From Octopus sinensis (Eukaryota): a DNA stretch of 64,000 nucleotides. This document shows, piece by piece, positions 39,060 through 51,749 of the stretch (position 1 is the first letter of the stretch; every line of letters begins with the position of its first letter). The notes under the pieces are model-generated. The model was given only the letters and a program-made list of their open reading frames with translations. It was not told the DNA's origin and searched no databases. Location: contig NC_043013.1 in NCBI RefSeq assembly GCF_006345805.1, positions 6,820,001 to 6,884,000 of the forward strand. The letters run 5' to 3'. A program made the position numbers and the translations under genes.

Positions 39060-39990
39060 TTAGTGCTTTGAGCTACCTTGAGCCCTATGTTGCTGATAAT
39101 TTTTGACTCGCAAGGGACTTACCTTGTGTGTGTGTTTTGTTACCTGCTTCAAAACCTATGGTAATCATGTAATTTTTAAAATAAAATTTGCGTAACTGAC
39201 TTTGAATGATTTTCACTATCTTGAGTCCTATGTTCCTGTTAGTAAGAAGAATTCATGGCATGCAAGGGACATGCCTGGTATAGCTGTAACCACCTTCAAA
39301 TTCTCTGGCAATGTCAAAATTAACTAGTTTCGCCTCTCATGACTAGCCGAAGTACTTGTTTCAAGCCTCAGAGCATCTGATACTTAAGTATTATTTTCTT
39401 TATTAAAAAAGGTGACTTGGATTTAATTCAAGTACCTCAGATCCTATGTGGCTGACAGCAAGAAAGATTTTTTACACCCAAGGGACTTACCTGGAATATG
39501 TACATGTAATCAGTTTCAAAGCACTTTGCGATCAAGTATTTCAAAGTTAACAAGGTTGGTCTTCTTCAGTGAACATGGATAGAATTCTTCTCTATGAATT
39601 CAAAAGCTGGACTAAGTAGAAGCAGCTACAAGGTCGTTTTCATGTTGCATATCAGTCTCCTCAACAAGGCCCGAAATATTTTATTTCGTTAGCACAAAAC
39701 CAAAGCGGATATTTATAGACATATTCTGTGTATTTGCTTAATTTACGGTTGGATTTCTTGGCAAAAACTATCGTGATGAAACACCAGGCCATATCGGATG
39801 ATTATTTTGGAAAATTCTACTGTACCATAATTTTGGAGAAATATCGTTTAAACACAAAGAAAAGATAACGGGGTGGGATGCAGGGACTTCTGTTACAGAG
39901 TTGCGAAACGCATTTTGGATGCGACCACTTGAAGAAGAAGAAGAAGAAGAAGAAGAAGAAGAAGAAGAAGAAGAAGAAGAAGAAGAAGAA
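39060..39990 (+). mobile_element. 3' fragment of an RTE-like LINE with (GAA)n tail; its 5' segment is present three times
   Basis: FKYLRSYVADSKKDFL...TCNQFQ...SSISKLTRLVFFS...ILLYE.KSWT resembles RTE FKYLGSY...KDF...ACN.L...ESILLYG.E.WT; followed by (GAA)n at 39930. Confidence 0.65.
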
Positions 39991-40628
39991 GAAGAATAAG
40001 AGAAGAAGGAGGAGGAGGAGGAGGAGGAGGAGGAGAAGAAGAAGAAGAAGAAGAAGTGAAACATGAGTAAGAGAAGAAAAGAGAAAGAGGTGGAAGAGGA
40101 GGAAAAGAAGATTAAGAAAGAGGGAGAGGATGAAGGAAGGAGGAGCAGGAGGAGTATTTAGCTACATTTGATTGAGCACAAAGACAATGCGAGAATTTGA
40201 AGTTGCTGTCAATAATTGACAAACATTGTTGTTGCAAAGAAAAAAAAAATAATAAATAATAAATAAAATAAAACAAAACCTTGAGTGTAACACGAAATGA
40301 AATGAAAATGTTAGAAAATAAAATTGATAAAAATATATACTTGAGTAAAACATAATACAATTACGCAGAATTAATTGTAAATATTACACTGGCAAACTGA
40401 ATTATTAAATATCTGTTTGAGATTATCAGAATAAAGTGATATCCACTGAGGAACCAGATGCGTTTATGAGGTCGTATTTTGTGATGTTACTTTAAAGTGG
40501 AACGCTGCAGGTGTAGAAATAAAGGTGTGCAACAGGTACGTACGTGAGGTTCAGCACAGTGATGTTGATGCTTTTAAGTGGTTGTGTATGATCTATTTGG
40601 ATGTCAGTTCGTTTGTATACAATATGTG

Positions 40629-40671
<43 letters not shown>

Positions 40672-40700
40672 ATATATATATATATATATAATATATATAT

Positions 40701-40743
<43 letters not shown>

Positions 40744-40910
40744 CGTATATATGTGTGTGAGATGGAGTATAATCACGCGCGTTTCTACATAGAGGTATAT
40801 ATAAATATACATATATTTGGGCATACGTACATGCACGTAGTATAGAGGCATAAACATTAATTGAAAATATATGTATATATTTATATGTATATATATATAT
40901 GTATATGTAT

Positions 40911-40975
<65 letters not shown>

Positions 40976-41593
40976 GACATAAATTGAAAATGTATGTATA
41001 TATATATATATGAATATATAAGTATATATATGAATATATAAGTATATATATTTATATACATACATTTATACATATATATATACATACATATATTTATATA
41101 TATAAACCAGCAACCCTACCAAGCTTGCTTGGTGAGGAGGATGTTTATTGGACACTCTGCGGGATGAAAAACAAAACCCGTCAAAGGGCGGAGGAACTCT
41201 TGAGAGTCAATAGCCATCCAATAAATGTCTTAAGGATGTATCATGCGCGGGGACATAGAAATAATCGGACTGAATACCCGATCGCGCGGTTAAACCATTG
41301 GAAGTGAAGACACTCCTAGCCTTTGTTAGGGTATCCTTGTAGGAGAAGGAAACTCAGGTAACTGGGATAACTCCGACATAAAACCTGCGGCTCAGTGGTT
41401 ATCGATGATATTGACTTGTTCTTCTTTTCGGATTATGGCTGCTGTTGCTTAGTGAGTGGGATTGACTCAGTGCACAGCCTTTCCTCACTTTAAAAAAGAT
41501 CTTCTTGCACAGGTATTGCACGATAACGACATTGATTAAGCTTCGTGCAATGGCCATACTCGATAACGAGGAGGCAGCCACCATATATATACA

Positions 41594-42290
41594 CACAGGG
41601 TGTTTCAAGAATTTGATATCTTTTCCCAATCTAATAACTTTGTCAGATCTTGTTCAAATGACTTCAAATTTTAACAGTATGTGTAGAAACAGATCAAAAG
41701 TTTATGTTTCATGTTTGATATGTTTATTTTTACAGCTATAGAAATGGCATTCACTTGAAGAGCAAAGAATATGCTCAAACACAGTCGAACAAGAATGTGC
41801 AGCGTGCATTTGTGTGAGAGTTCTCTATAAAGTCACCGACGGCAAGGCAGATTTGGACATGGCACACAAAATTCAAAGAGGAAGACTGTCTGCGCCGGGC
41901 AAAAGGATCTGGATGACCACTAACATCGGAAGAAACGGTCGAGTAGGTTCACAAAAAACTCTTGCGAAGCCCCAAGCAGTCCATAAGAAGAACAAATCTG
42001 AAAACTCAGATTCCAGATGAAACGTACTGTTGAAATAGCTGCCACGTTCACCAGACCTGACACCTAGCGATTTCTTTTTCTCTGGGGTTATGTGAAGAGC
42101 TTGGTCTATGTCCACCCTTCTTCCTGCAAACCTAGTGGAACTCGAGCAAAGAACCACTAGCGCACTGGAGACATTCTGGAGCGTGTATGAGAGGAGGTGG
42201 GCTACCTATTTGCCGTGTCTCAGGCGGCGTGTATATTGAACATTTGTGAAATCGTTCATGGAACCCACATACCATAGAATTTCTCATTGG
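41594..42290 (+). mobile_element. Internally deleted Tc1/mariner-superfamily element
   Basis: N-terminal EYAQTQSNKNVQRAF...IWTWHTKFKEEDCL...GSG.P.TSEETVE...RSPKQSIRR joined directly to LPRSPDLTPSDFFLWGYVKSLVY; left end CAGGGTGTTTCA. Confidence 0.75.
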
Positions 42291-42324
42291 AGGAATAAAT
42301 CTTCTGCTGCTCAACATTAAGCCT

Positions 42325-42752
42325 GTTTACTCTTTTACTCTCTTTACTTGTTTCAGTCATTTGGCTGCGGCCATGTTGGAGCACCGCCTTTAATCGAGCA
42401 AATCGACCCCCAAGACTAATTCCTTTGTAAGCCCAGTACTTATTCTATCGGTCCCTTTTGTCGAACCGCTAAGTAACGGGGGCGTAAACACACGAGCATC
42501 GGTTGTTAAGTAATGCTAGGGGGACAAACACAGACACACAAACACACACACGCATATATATATATATATATATATACATATATACGACGGGCTTCTTTCA
42601 GTTTCCGTCTACCAAATCCACTCACAAGACTTTGGTCGGCCCGAGGCTATAGTAGGAGACACTTTCCCAAGGTGCCACGCAGTGGGACTGAACCCGGAAC
42701 CATGTGGTTGGTAGACAACAACATGTGCAACTTACCACACAGCCACTCCTGC
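42325..42752 (-). mobile_element. SINE family B
   Basis: Reverse complement of 49141-49551; further copies at 43465-43890 and 58790-59195 (-), partials at 15630-15792, 15835-16045 and 24572-24850. Confidence 0.85.
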
Positions 42753-42976
42753 GCCTGTTTAGTTACATTTGCTTTGACGATGTAGTTTCCATGATATTTA
42801 CATCTCAAATGATATCAAGTTTTTTGAAACTCCCTGTATATACGTATTATATAAAAATATATATACAATATAGATACATGTATATCTATATTTATATGTA
42901 TATACTTACTCACATATCTATCTCTCTACATATCTTATATATTAAATATATATAAATATATATATATATATAGTAT

Positions 42977-43018
<42 letters not shown>

Positions 43019-44079
43019 CATATATACATACATACATACATACATACATACATACATACCTACTACAAATATATATATATATATATACGTATACAGGTAT
43101 ATAATATATATATATATAAATATTTTTTCAGTAATTTCAGCTCAGAGCTGCGGCCATGCTGATGCACCGCCGTTTAAAAAACAGCTCTCTAAAGGAGACT
43201 ATGGCAGCAGTACTGAATATTAATAGTTATCGCCAAGCTAATATGGCAGCGCAGAAAAATAGGACGAATGCTGCCGTTGATTAGCTCCAAGAGGCCATCG
43301 CCTCCAGCTTGCTATGTGACACACAAACCTGTGTCCATTATAACCTTCGAACAAGGAAGGTCAGCAGCTTCCCTTTGCTAGCCTGGCAACCACAGGCTGG
43401 TTTCGAGGTGTTTGCCTCTTATTAATGTGGAGTAGCCGAACCCAGCATATATATATTTGTATGTATACTCTTTTACTCTTTTACTTGTTTGTCATTTGAC
43501 TGCGGCCATGCTGGAGCACCGCCTTTAGTCGAGCAAATCGACCCCGGGACTTATTCTTTGTAAGCCCGTACTTATTCTTCTATCGGTCTCTTTTGCCGAA
43601 CCGCTAAGAGACGGGGACGTAACCACCAGCATCGGTTGTCAAGCAATGCTAGGTAGACAAACACAAACGCGCACACACACAACACACACACACACACACC
43701 ACACACACACATATATATAATATATATATATACGACGACAGGCTTCTTTCAGTTTCCGTCTACGAAATCTCCACTCACAAGGCATTGGTCGGCCCGGGGC
43801 TATAGCAGAAGACACTTGCCCAAGATGCCACGCAGTGGGACTGAACCCGGAACCATGTGGTTGGTTAGCAAGCTACTTACCACACAGCCAAAATTGTTCG
43901 GTGCTGTTCGTCGTACAACATTAGTCATTTTCATAACTGTCATCATCGTTGGCCATAACTGAGAATAACTGACCTCTAAGATACATTCATATTCCTCAAC
44001 TGTGTCGCCAGCAGCAGCACCACTACCACTATCAGCAGCATCAGTACAAGCAGCAGCAGCACCGCCTGTCACCAACCAC

Positions 44080-46985
44080 CACCACACCACAACCATTGCT
44101 ATAAGACCGCTGTCACCAACACCACCACCACCACAACCATTGCTATACCAATGTCCCACAACCACCACCACCACAACCATTGCTATAACCAATGTCATAA
44201 CCACCACCACCAAAACCATTGCTATAACCAATGTCATCAACACCACCACCACCCACCATTGCTATACCGCTGTCACCACAACACCACACCACCACAACCA
44301 TTGCTATAACCAGTCACCAACACCACCACCACCACCACCATTGCTATACCGCTGTCACCAACACCACCACCACCACAACCATTGCTATACCAATGTCATC
44401 AGACACCACCACCACCACACCATGTCCTATATACCAATGTCACCAACACCACCACCACCCCCACCATTGCTATACCGCTGTCACCAACACCACCACCACC
44501 ACAACCATTGCTATACCAATGTCATCAACACCACCACCACCACACACCATTGCTATACCAATGTCACCAACACCACCACCACCACCACCATGCTATATAC
44601 CGCTCTGTCACCAACACCCCACCAACCACAACCATTGCTATACCAATGTCACCAACACCACCACCACCACAACCATTGCTATACCAATGTCACCAACACC
44701 ACCACCACCACAACCATTGCTATACCAATGTCATCAACACCACCACCACCACAACCATTGCTATACCAATGTCACCAACACCACCACCACCACAACCATT
44801 GCTATACCAATGTCACCAACACCACCACCACCACAACCATTGCTATACCAATGTCATCAACACCACCACCACCACAACCATTGCTATACCAATGTCACCA
44901 ACACCACCACCACCACAACCATTGCTATACCGCTGTCACCAACACCACCACCACCACAACCATTGCTATACCAATGTCATCAACACCACCACCACCACAA
45001 CCATTGCTATACCAATGTCATCAACACCACCACCACCACAACCATTGCTATACCGCTGTCACCAACACCACCACCACCACAACCATTGCTATACCAATGT
45101 CACCAACACCACCACCACCACAACCATTGCTATACCAATGTCATCAACACCCACCACCAACCACAACCATTGCTATAAACTACCGCTGTCACCACACCAC
45201 CACCACCACAACCATTGCTATACCAATGTCATCACACCACCACCACCACAACCATTGCTATACCAATGTCACCAACACCACCCACCACCACCACAACCAT
45301 TGCTATACCAATGTCACCAACACCACCACCACCACAACCATTGCTATACCAATGTCATCACACCACCACACCACAACCATTGCTATACCATGTCACCAAC
45401 AACACCACCACCACCACACAACCATTGCTATACCGCTGTCACACAACACCACCACCACCACAACATTGCTATATACAATGTCATCAACACCACCACCACC
45501 ACAACCATTGCTATACCAATGTCACCAACCCACCACCACCACACCACCACCATTGCTATACCGCTGTCACCAACACCACCACCACCACAACCATTGCTAT
45601 ACCAATGTCACCAACACCACCACCACCACAACCATTGCTATACCAATGTCACCAACACCACCACCACCACCACCATTGCTATAAATGAAACCGCTGTCCA
45701 CCAACCCTACACACCACCACCACCACAAACCATTGCTATACCAATGTCACCAACACCACCACCACCACCACAACCATTGCTATAACCAATGTCATCACAA
45801 CCAACCACCACCACAACCATTGCTATAACCGCTGTCACCAACACCACCACCACCACACACCATTGCTATACCAATGTCATCAACACCACCACCACCACAA
45901 CCATTGCTATACCAATGTCACCAACACCACCACCACCCACCACATTGCTATACCAAACCGCTGTCACCAACACCACCACCACCACACCATTGCTATACCA
46001 ATGTCACCAACACCACCACCACCACAACCATTACCATGTGCTATACCAATGTCATCAACACCACCACCACCACAACCATTGCTATACCAATGTCACCAAC
46101 ACCACCACCACCACCACCACCATTGCTATACCGCTGTCACCAACACCACCACCACCACAACCATTGCTATACCAATGTCACCACACCACCAACCACCACA
46201 ACCATTGCTATACCAATGTCATCAACACCACCACCCCACCACACCATTGCTATACCAATGTCCCAACACCACCACCACCACCACCATTGCTATAACCGCT
46301 GTCACCAACACCACCACCACCACAACCATTGCTATAACCAATGTCACCAACACCACCACCACCACAACCATTGCTATACCAATGTCATCACAACACCACC
46401 ACCACCACAACCATTGCTATACCAATGTCACCAACACCACCACCACCACCACCATTGCTCTATACCGCTGGTCACACCAACACCACCACCACCACCACCA
46501 ACACCATTGCTATACCAATGTCACCAACACCACCACCACCAAACCATTGCTATACCAATGTCATCAACACACCACCACCACCACAACCATTGCTATACCA
46601 ATGTCACCAACACCACCACCACCACCACCATTGCTATACCGCTGTCACCAACACCACCACCACCACAACCATTGCTATACCAATGTCACCAACACCACCA
46701 CCACCACAACCATTGCTATACCAATGTCATCAACACCACCACCACCACAACCATTGCTATACCAATGTCACCAACACCACCACCACCACCACCATTGCTA
46801 TACCGCTGTCACCAACACCACCACCACCACAACCATTGCTATACCAATGTCACCAACACCACCACCACCACAACCATTGCTATACCAATGTCACCAACAC
46901 CACCACCACCACAACCATTGCTATACCAATGTCACCAACACCACCACCACCACAACCATTGCTATACCAATGTCATCAACAAGCC
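44080..46985. repeat. 41-bp minisatellite, roughly 70 units
   Basis: Unit ACCATTGCTATACCAATGTCACCAACACCACCACCACCACA (starts 44713, 44754, 44795); variant core TACCGCTGTC. Confidence 0.97.
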
Positions 46986-47015
46986 CAAGTTGACAACATC
47001 GTTACCGTTACTAAT

Positions 47016-47401
47016 GGAGGCGCAATGGCCCAGTGGTTAGGGCAGCGGACTCGCGGTCATAGGATCGCGGTTTCGATTCCCAGACCGGGCGTTGTGAGTG
47101 TTTATTGAGCGAAAGCACCTAAAGCTCCACGAGGCTCCGGCAGGGGATGGTGGTGATCCCTGCTGTACTCTTTCACCACAACTTTCTCTCACTCTTACTT
47201 CCTGTTTCTGTTGTACCTGTATTTCAAGGGGCCGGCCTTGTCACTCTCTGTGTTACGCTGAATATCCCCGAGAACTACGTTAAGGGTACACGTGTCTGTG
47301 GAGTGCTCAGCCACTTACACGTTAATTTCACGAGCAGGCTGTTCCGTTGATTCGGATCAACCGGAACCCTCATCGTCGTAACCGACGGAGTGCTTCCATC
47401 C
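47016..47401 (+). mobile_element. tRNA-derived SINE, family C, with 12-bp TSD
   Basis: Head GGCGCAATGGCCCAGTGGTTAGGGCAGCGG...GGTTTCGATTCCC; TSD ACCGTTACTAAT at 47004-47015 and 47402-47413. Confidence 0.9.
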
Positions 47402-48315
47402 ACCGTTACTAATATCGCTTAAAACTGGAATATTTTCTTAGCTTTTTCCTTGTTGCGTCTCCTTCCAATCACCATTCTGTCCTCGTCTTTGATGCTGTTG
47501 CTATCGCTGTTATTGATCGTTGTTGTTGCTGTGGTTTTGCTTTTGTTGTTGTTAAGTTGTTGTTGTTCTTCTTCTTCTGCTCCTGCTCCTCATCCTCTTA
47601 CATCTTACATATCACCATCATGATGACGATAACCACCAACACTACCACCATCACCACCAAAACCATCACCACCATCACCACCATCACCTCAACCGCTCTC
47701 TCTATCAAAACCATAGTCATCATCTATTCTCCTTCCTCGTCATCATCATCATTGTCAACACTGCTTTCCCACTTCCCTACTGTTACCTTTCCTTCCTTCC
47801 TTCCTTCCTTCCTTCCTTCCTTCCTTCCTTCCTTCCTTCCTTCCTTCCTTCCTTCCTTCCTTCTTTCCTTCCTTCCTTCCTTCTTCGACCGTCTTCCATC
47901 ATGTTTCACGTAGTCATTCAGTTCTTCACGTCTCATCCACTTCCCCACGCTCACACTTCCATGCCCTTGCTCCACCACCACCACTACGATCACCACGACC
48001 ACGACCACGACGACCACTACCACCACCACCACCACTACTACCATCACCACAGCCTCCACCACTCAACTTGTCTTTAACTCAGTCCACGCCACAGCATCTT
48101 AAATAGACCAGACCACACTCCATCAACGGTCACGTAATTATATGTTTGTGTGAAAACACGAAACTAATCTCTTAATAGGAGAGTGTAGAGGAGAGAGAAG
48201 AGTAGCGAAGAGCAAAGGGAGGGAGGAGAAGGAGTAAAGAGAAAGAGCGAGTGAAGGTATGGACCTCCGTTCTTTAATTTAATCACTTTCAATTAAGTTA
48301 TGCTGTATCGTATGC

Positions 48316-48354
<39 letters not shown>

Positions 48355-48388
48355 ATGTGTATAAGTAGATAGAAAGATAGATATTTAT

Positions 48389-48429
<41 letters not shown>

Positions 48430-48444
48430 TATATATACATATAC

Positions 48445-48475
<31 letters not shown>

Positions 48476-48494
48476 TATACATATATATATACAT

Positions 48495-48897
48495 ACTTTG
48501 ATACTTTGATACTTTGATACTTTGATAGGTTTCGGCCATTATTGGCCCAGGCCATGTCTAACTTAATAGCACCACCTGGTGGAAGTCTTTCAAGTCAGAA
48601 TTTGGGCACTATGGCCCACTCAAGTAGAGAGTTATTGTTTACAGAGACATATCCGGGTGTAGGGGGTTTATCCGGGATTTCTTGAAGGAATCTGTCCAAA
48701 GACTTCTTGAACCCTATAGGGTCACTTTCTGTTTTAATGTGTTTTGGTGTAATGTTAAAGAGAGCGGGGCCAATTGAGGTGAAATAATTGTGCCGTATTG
48801 TTGTTATGAGATGAGAGTGCGATTTTTGTTTTGGGCGGATGGCACGGGGCCCAAGCCTTGGATGTACCTTAAAGGTGATGCCAACATCATTTGGGCA

Positions 48898-48898
<1 letters not shown>
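48495..48898 (-). mobile_element. 5'-truncated CR1-like LINE 3' end with (ATCAAAGT)n tail
   Basis: Minus strand [17 protein letters not shown]...[16 protein letters not shown]...NSLLEW, homologous to the 3' end of the LINE at 54.6-54.8 kb (GPQLFNILPKNLR...FKMKLDLFLSGVPDEP); octamer tail at 48495-48527. Confidence 0.8.
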
Positions 48899-48932
<34 letters not shown>

Positions 48933-49028
48933 CATATATATGTATATATATATATACATATATATGTATGTGTATATATATATGTATATATCTATGTATA
49001 TATATGTATATATCTATGTATATATATG

Positions 49029-49061
<33 letters not shown>

Positions 49062-49140
49062 CATAAATATATACACATATATATACATATATATATACAT
49101 AGATATATACATATATATACACATACATATATATATGTGT

Positions 49141-49551
49141 GTGTGGCTGTGTGGTAAGTAGTTTGCTTATCAGCCACATGGTTCCGGGTTCAGTCCCACT
49201 GCGTAGCACCTTGGGCGAGTGTCTTCTACTATAGCCTCGGGCCGACCAAAGCCTTGTGAGTGGATTTGGTAGACGGAAACTGAAAGTAGCCCGTCGTATA
49301 TATGTATATATATATATGTGTGTATTTGTATGCGTGTATGTTTGTGTGTCTGTGTTTGTCCCCCTAGCATTGCTTGACAACCGATGCTGGTGTGTTTATG
49401 TCTCCGTCACTTAGCGGTTCGGCAAAAGAGACCGATAGAATAAGTACTGGGCTTACAAAGAATAAGTTCCGGGGTCGAGTTGCTCGACTAAAGGCGGTGC
49501 TCCAGCATGGCCGCAGTCAAATGACTGAAACAAGTAAAAGAAATAAAAGAA
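49141..49551 (+). mobile_element. SINE family B, full length
   Basis: Head GTGGCTGTGTGGTAAG...GGTTCAGTCCCACTGCG, central TA/TG tract, tail GGCGGTGCTCCAGCATGGCCGCAGTCAAATGACTGAAACAAGTAAAAGA. Confidence 0.88.
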
Positions 49552-50276
49552 ATATATATATATATTATACTTCTTTGATTCGCTACAATCCTACGGCTAC
49601 GGTCATGCTGGAGCATGATTTTGTAATTTTTGCACATGTTTATTGTTTGGTTAATTTCCTGAGGGTGGTTAGATTACATATCACCACTCGTGCATGTGCA
49701 TTTACCCCGTGTTGTTGGCCTGTTTGGTGCTTCGGGTAGTTTGACACGGCTGCCATATTCTATACTTCATACGGGGACTTTGGTTCGTCTGGTATCGTTT
49801 ATATGAGATTAGGATATTGTCCAGTTCCTTTTTGAAAATATCCGCAGCTAACTGACCGAAATTTCGAAGTCACTGTCAACTTCATTTTGTAAAAATTTAT
49901 ATATACTCTATATTCTATATAATTCAATACAATCATTAAAGATTAATGAATACATTAATATTTGTAGTACAGCAGAATATTAAATTAAACATATAGACAT
50001 CATGCGCTTTTCACAATGAGAAAGTGTTACATTTACAATGACGTGTAAATCTAAAGGTCAAATATAAATTTCCCACAGTCATGTCTAACTCAATTGTAAG
50101 TGTCATCTCTTCAACGAAAAAGTAGCAATGCTGTCATTATTGCTTCGTCTTCAGGATAAAACTGCGAAGGTGCTGAAGACCATCGTCCAAACGAAGTTGG
50201 CCAAAGTTATGAACTAAGATATTTCATAAAGACTACAACGCATTTATGTATTCGATATGTGTGCATGTGTGCGCGT

Positions 50277-50348
<72 letters not shown>

Positions 50349-50371
50349 ATTTGTGTGCATATGAATGCATT

Positions 50372-51640
50372 TATATACAGAGTAAGATATTTCAGGACAG
50401 ATTTATGTTTAGAAAAATAACAGATATATAATAAAAGATAACTTTATTTATCAAAACATGTTATGAGGATAAAAATAAACCTTTTTTATTAATGTTATTC
50501 AATAAAACCCCCTTCAGTTTGAACAGCTGCTTCTATATGAGATCTAAATCATCCACATGCTCGAATCAAGTGGTCCTGGTTCACTTTGGACATATCTCTG
50601 ACTATAGCAGCTTTCATAGAATCTTTAGTGTTATGGGCGTGTTCATTGACCTCTCTCTCAACAACACTCCATATGTGTAATAGTGCAATGGATTGAGATC
50701 TGGGGAATTAGGAGGCCAAATGTTAGGGGTTATGTGATCATGAAAAGTTTTAGTCATCCATTCTTGTGTTACTAGAGCCATGTGTGAAAGTGTAGAGTCT
50801 TATTGAAACACATATGGCCTTCCATTGCATACACTGTCTATCCAGGGCTTAACAATTATATCCAGGACCTCAATGTAGGCGGCAGAGTTAACTCTAAGGC
50901 CTTGTGGAAAGAAGTAAGGAAGCATCACATGTTGTCCTTCATGACTGGCAACCTCTAAAACTATGACAGTTTCAGGAAATTTTTTATGCATAGCACCTGG
51001 AACTTCAGAAGGGTCTGCACATAATCATCTGTCATTTCTTCTATTAACTTTTTGATCTTGGTTGAAGTTTTCTCGTTTGAGAAAAACCAAATCAAATCTG
51101 CTGGATTTTTCATTTTGGTTAAGACCCTTTTAGATCTGATGTAGTGATTTTCTTTTGCTTTTTCTGACAAATTGACCTTTACTCATCATATAAGACTTAT
51201 GGCCCATGTCTTCGTGGACAACATTTCTGACTGTTCCTTCTGATACATGGAGATCTTTTGCAATGAACCTCATGGACTTTCTGAGATTGTAATCAATGGT
51301 CTGTTGAACTAGGTGGATAAATTCAGCTGTTCTAATGATTTCAGAACGTTTAGAATGCTTTTTATGCCTTGATACTGGTGCTACATTTCCTTCTTAAGTC
51401 TCTAACTCCTTACAAACTTTGTAGACGAAACTCCTGCAAACTATTAAAAATCAAGATATTTCTAAATCACTATTTTTAGTCTATATAACCAGAATAACAG
51501 TTTACTTCTTCATTTCTTGAGCAAGCTGAGATTCTACCATTATCATTTTCTAAAACAAAGATTATACAGAGTTAGCAAAAACTGCAACAATGACCCTAAA
51601 ACGGTACTTTCTCAAAAAATACCTTACGCACCATGCATAT
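50372..51640 (-). mobile_element. Decayed Tc1/mariner-superfamily transposon, probably DD37D (maT-like)
   Basis: Minus strand KFPETVIVLEV.SHEGQHVMLPYFFPQGLRVNSAAYIEVLDIIVKPWIDSVCNGRPYVFQ*DS...NIWPPNSPDLNPLHYY; TIRs degenerate, ends approximate. Confidence 0.78.
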
Positions 51641-51647
51641 CGTATAC

Positions 51648-51720
<73 letters not shown>

Positions 51721-51749
51721 GAGCATATATATATATATATATATATATG

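Noticed and set aside
47019-47090. tRNA-like sequence (similar heads at 19905, 26637, 30535, 49141)
   Set aside because: SINE heads: they continue into a shared SINE body, some have TSDs, and I could not fold a complete cloverleaf.
44002-47108. Mucin-like or His-rich ORFs of 150-560 aa
   Set aside because: All three frames are open because of the 41-bp unit; no unique coding sequence, splice context or frame preference.
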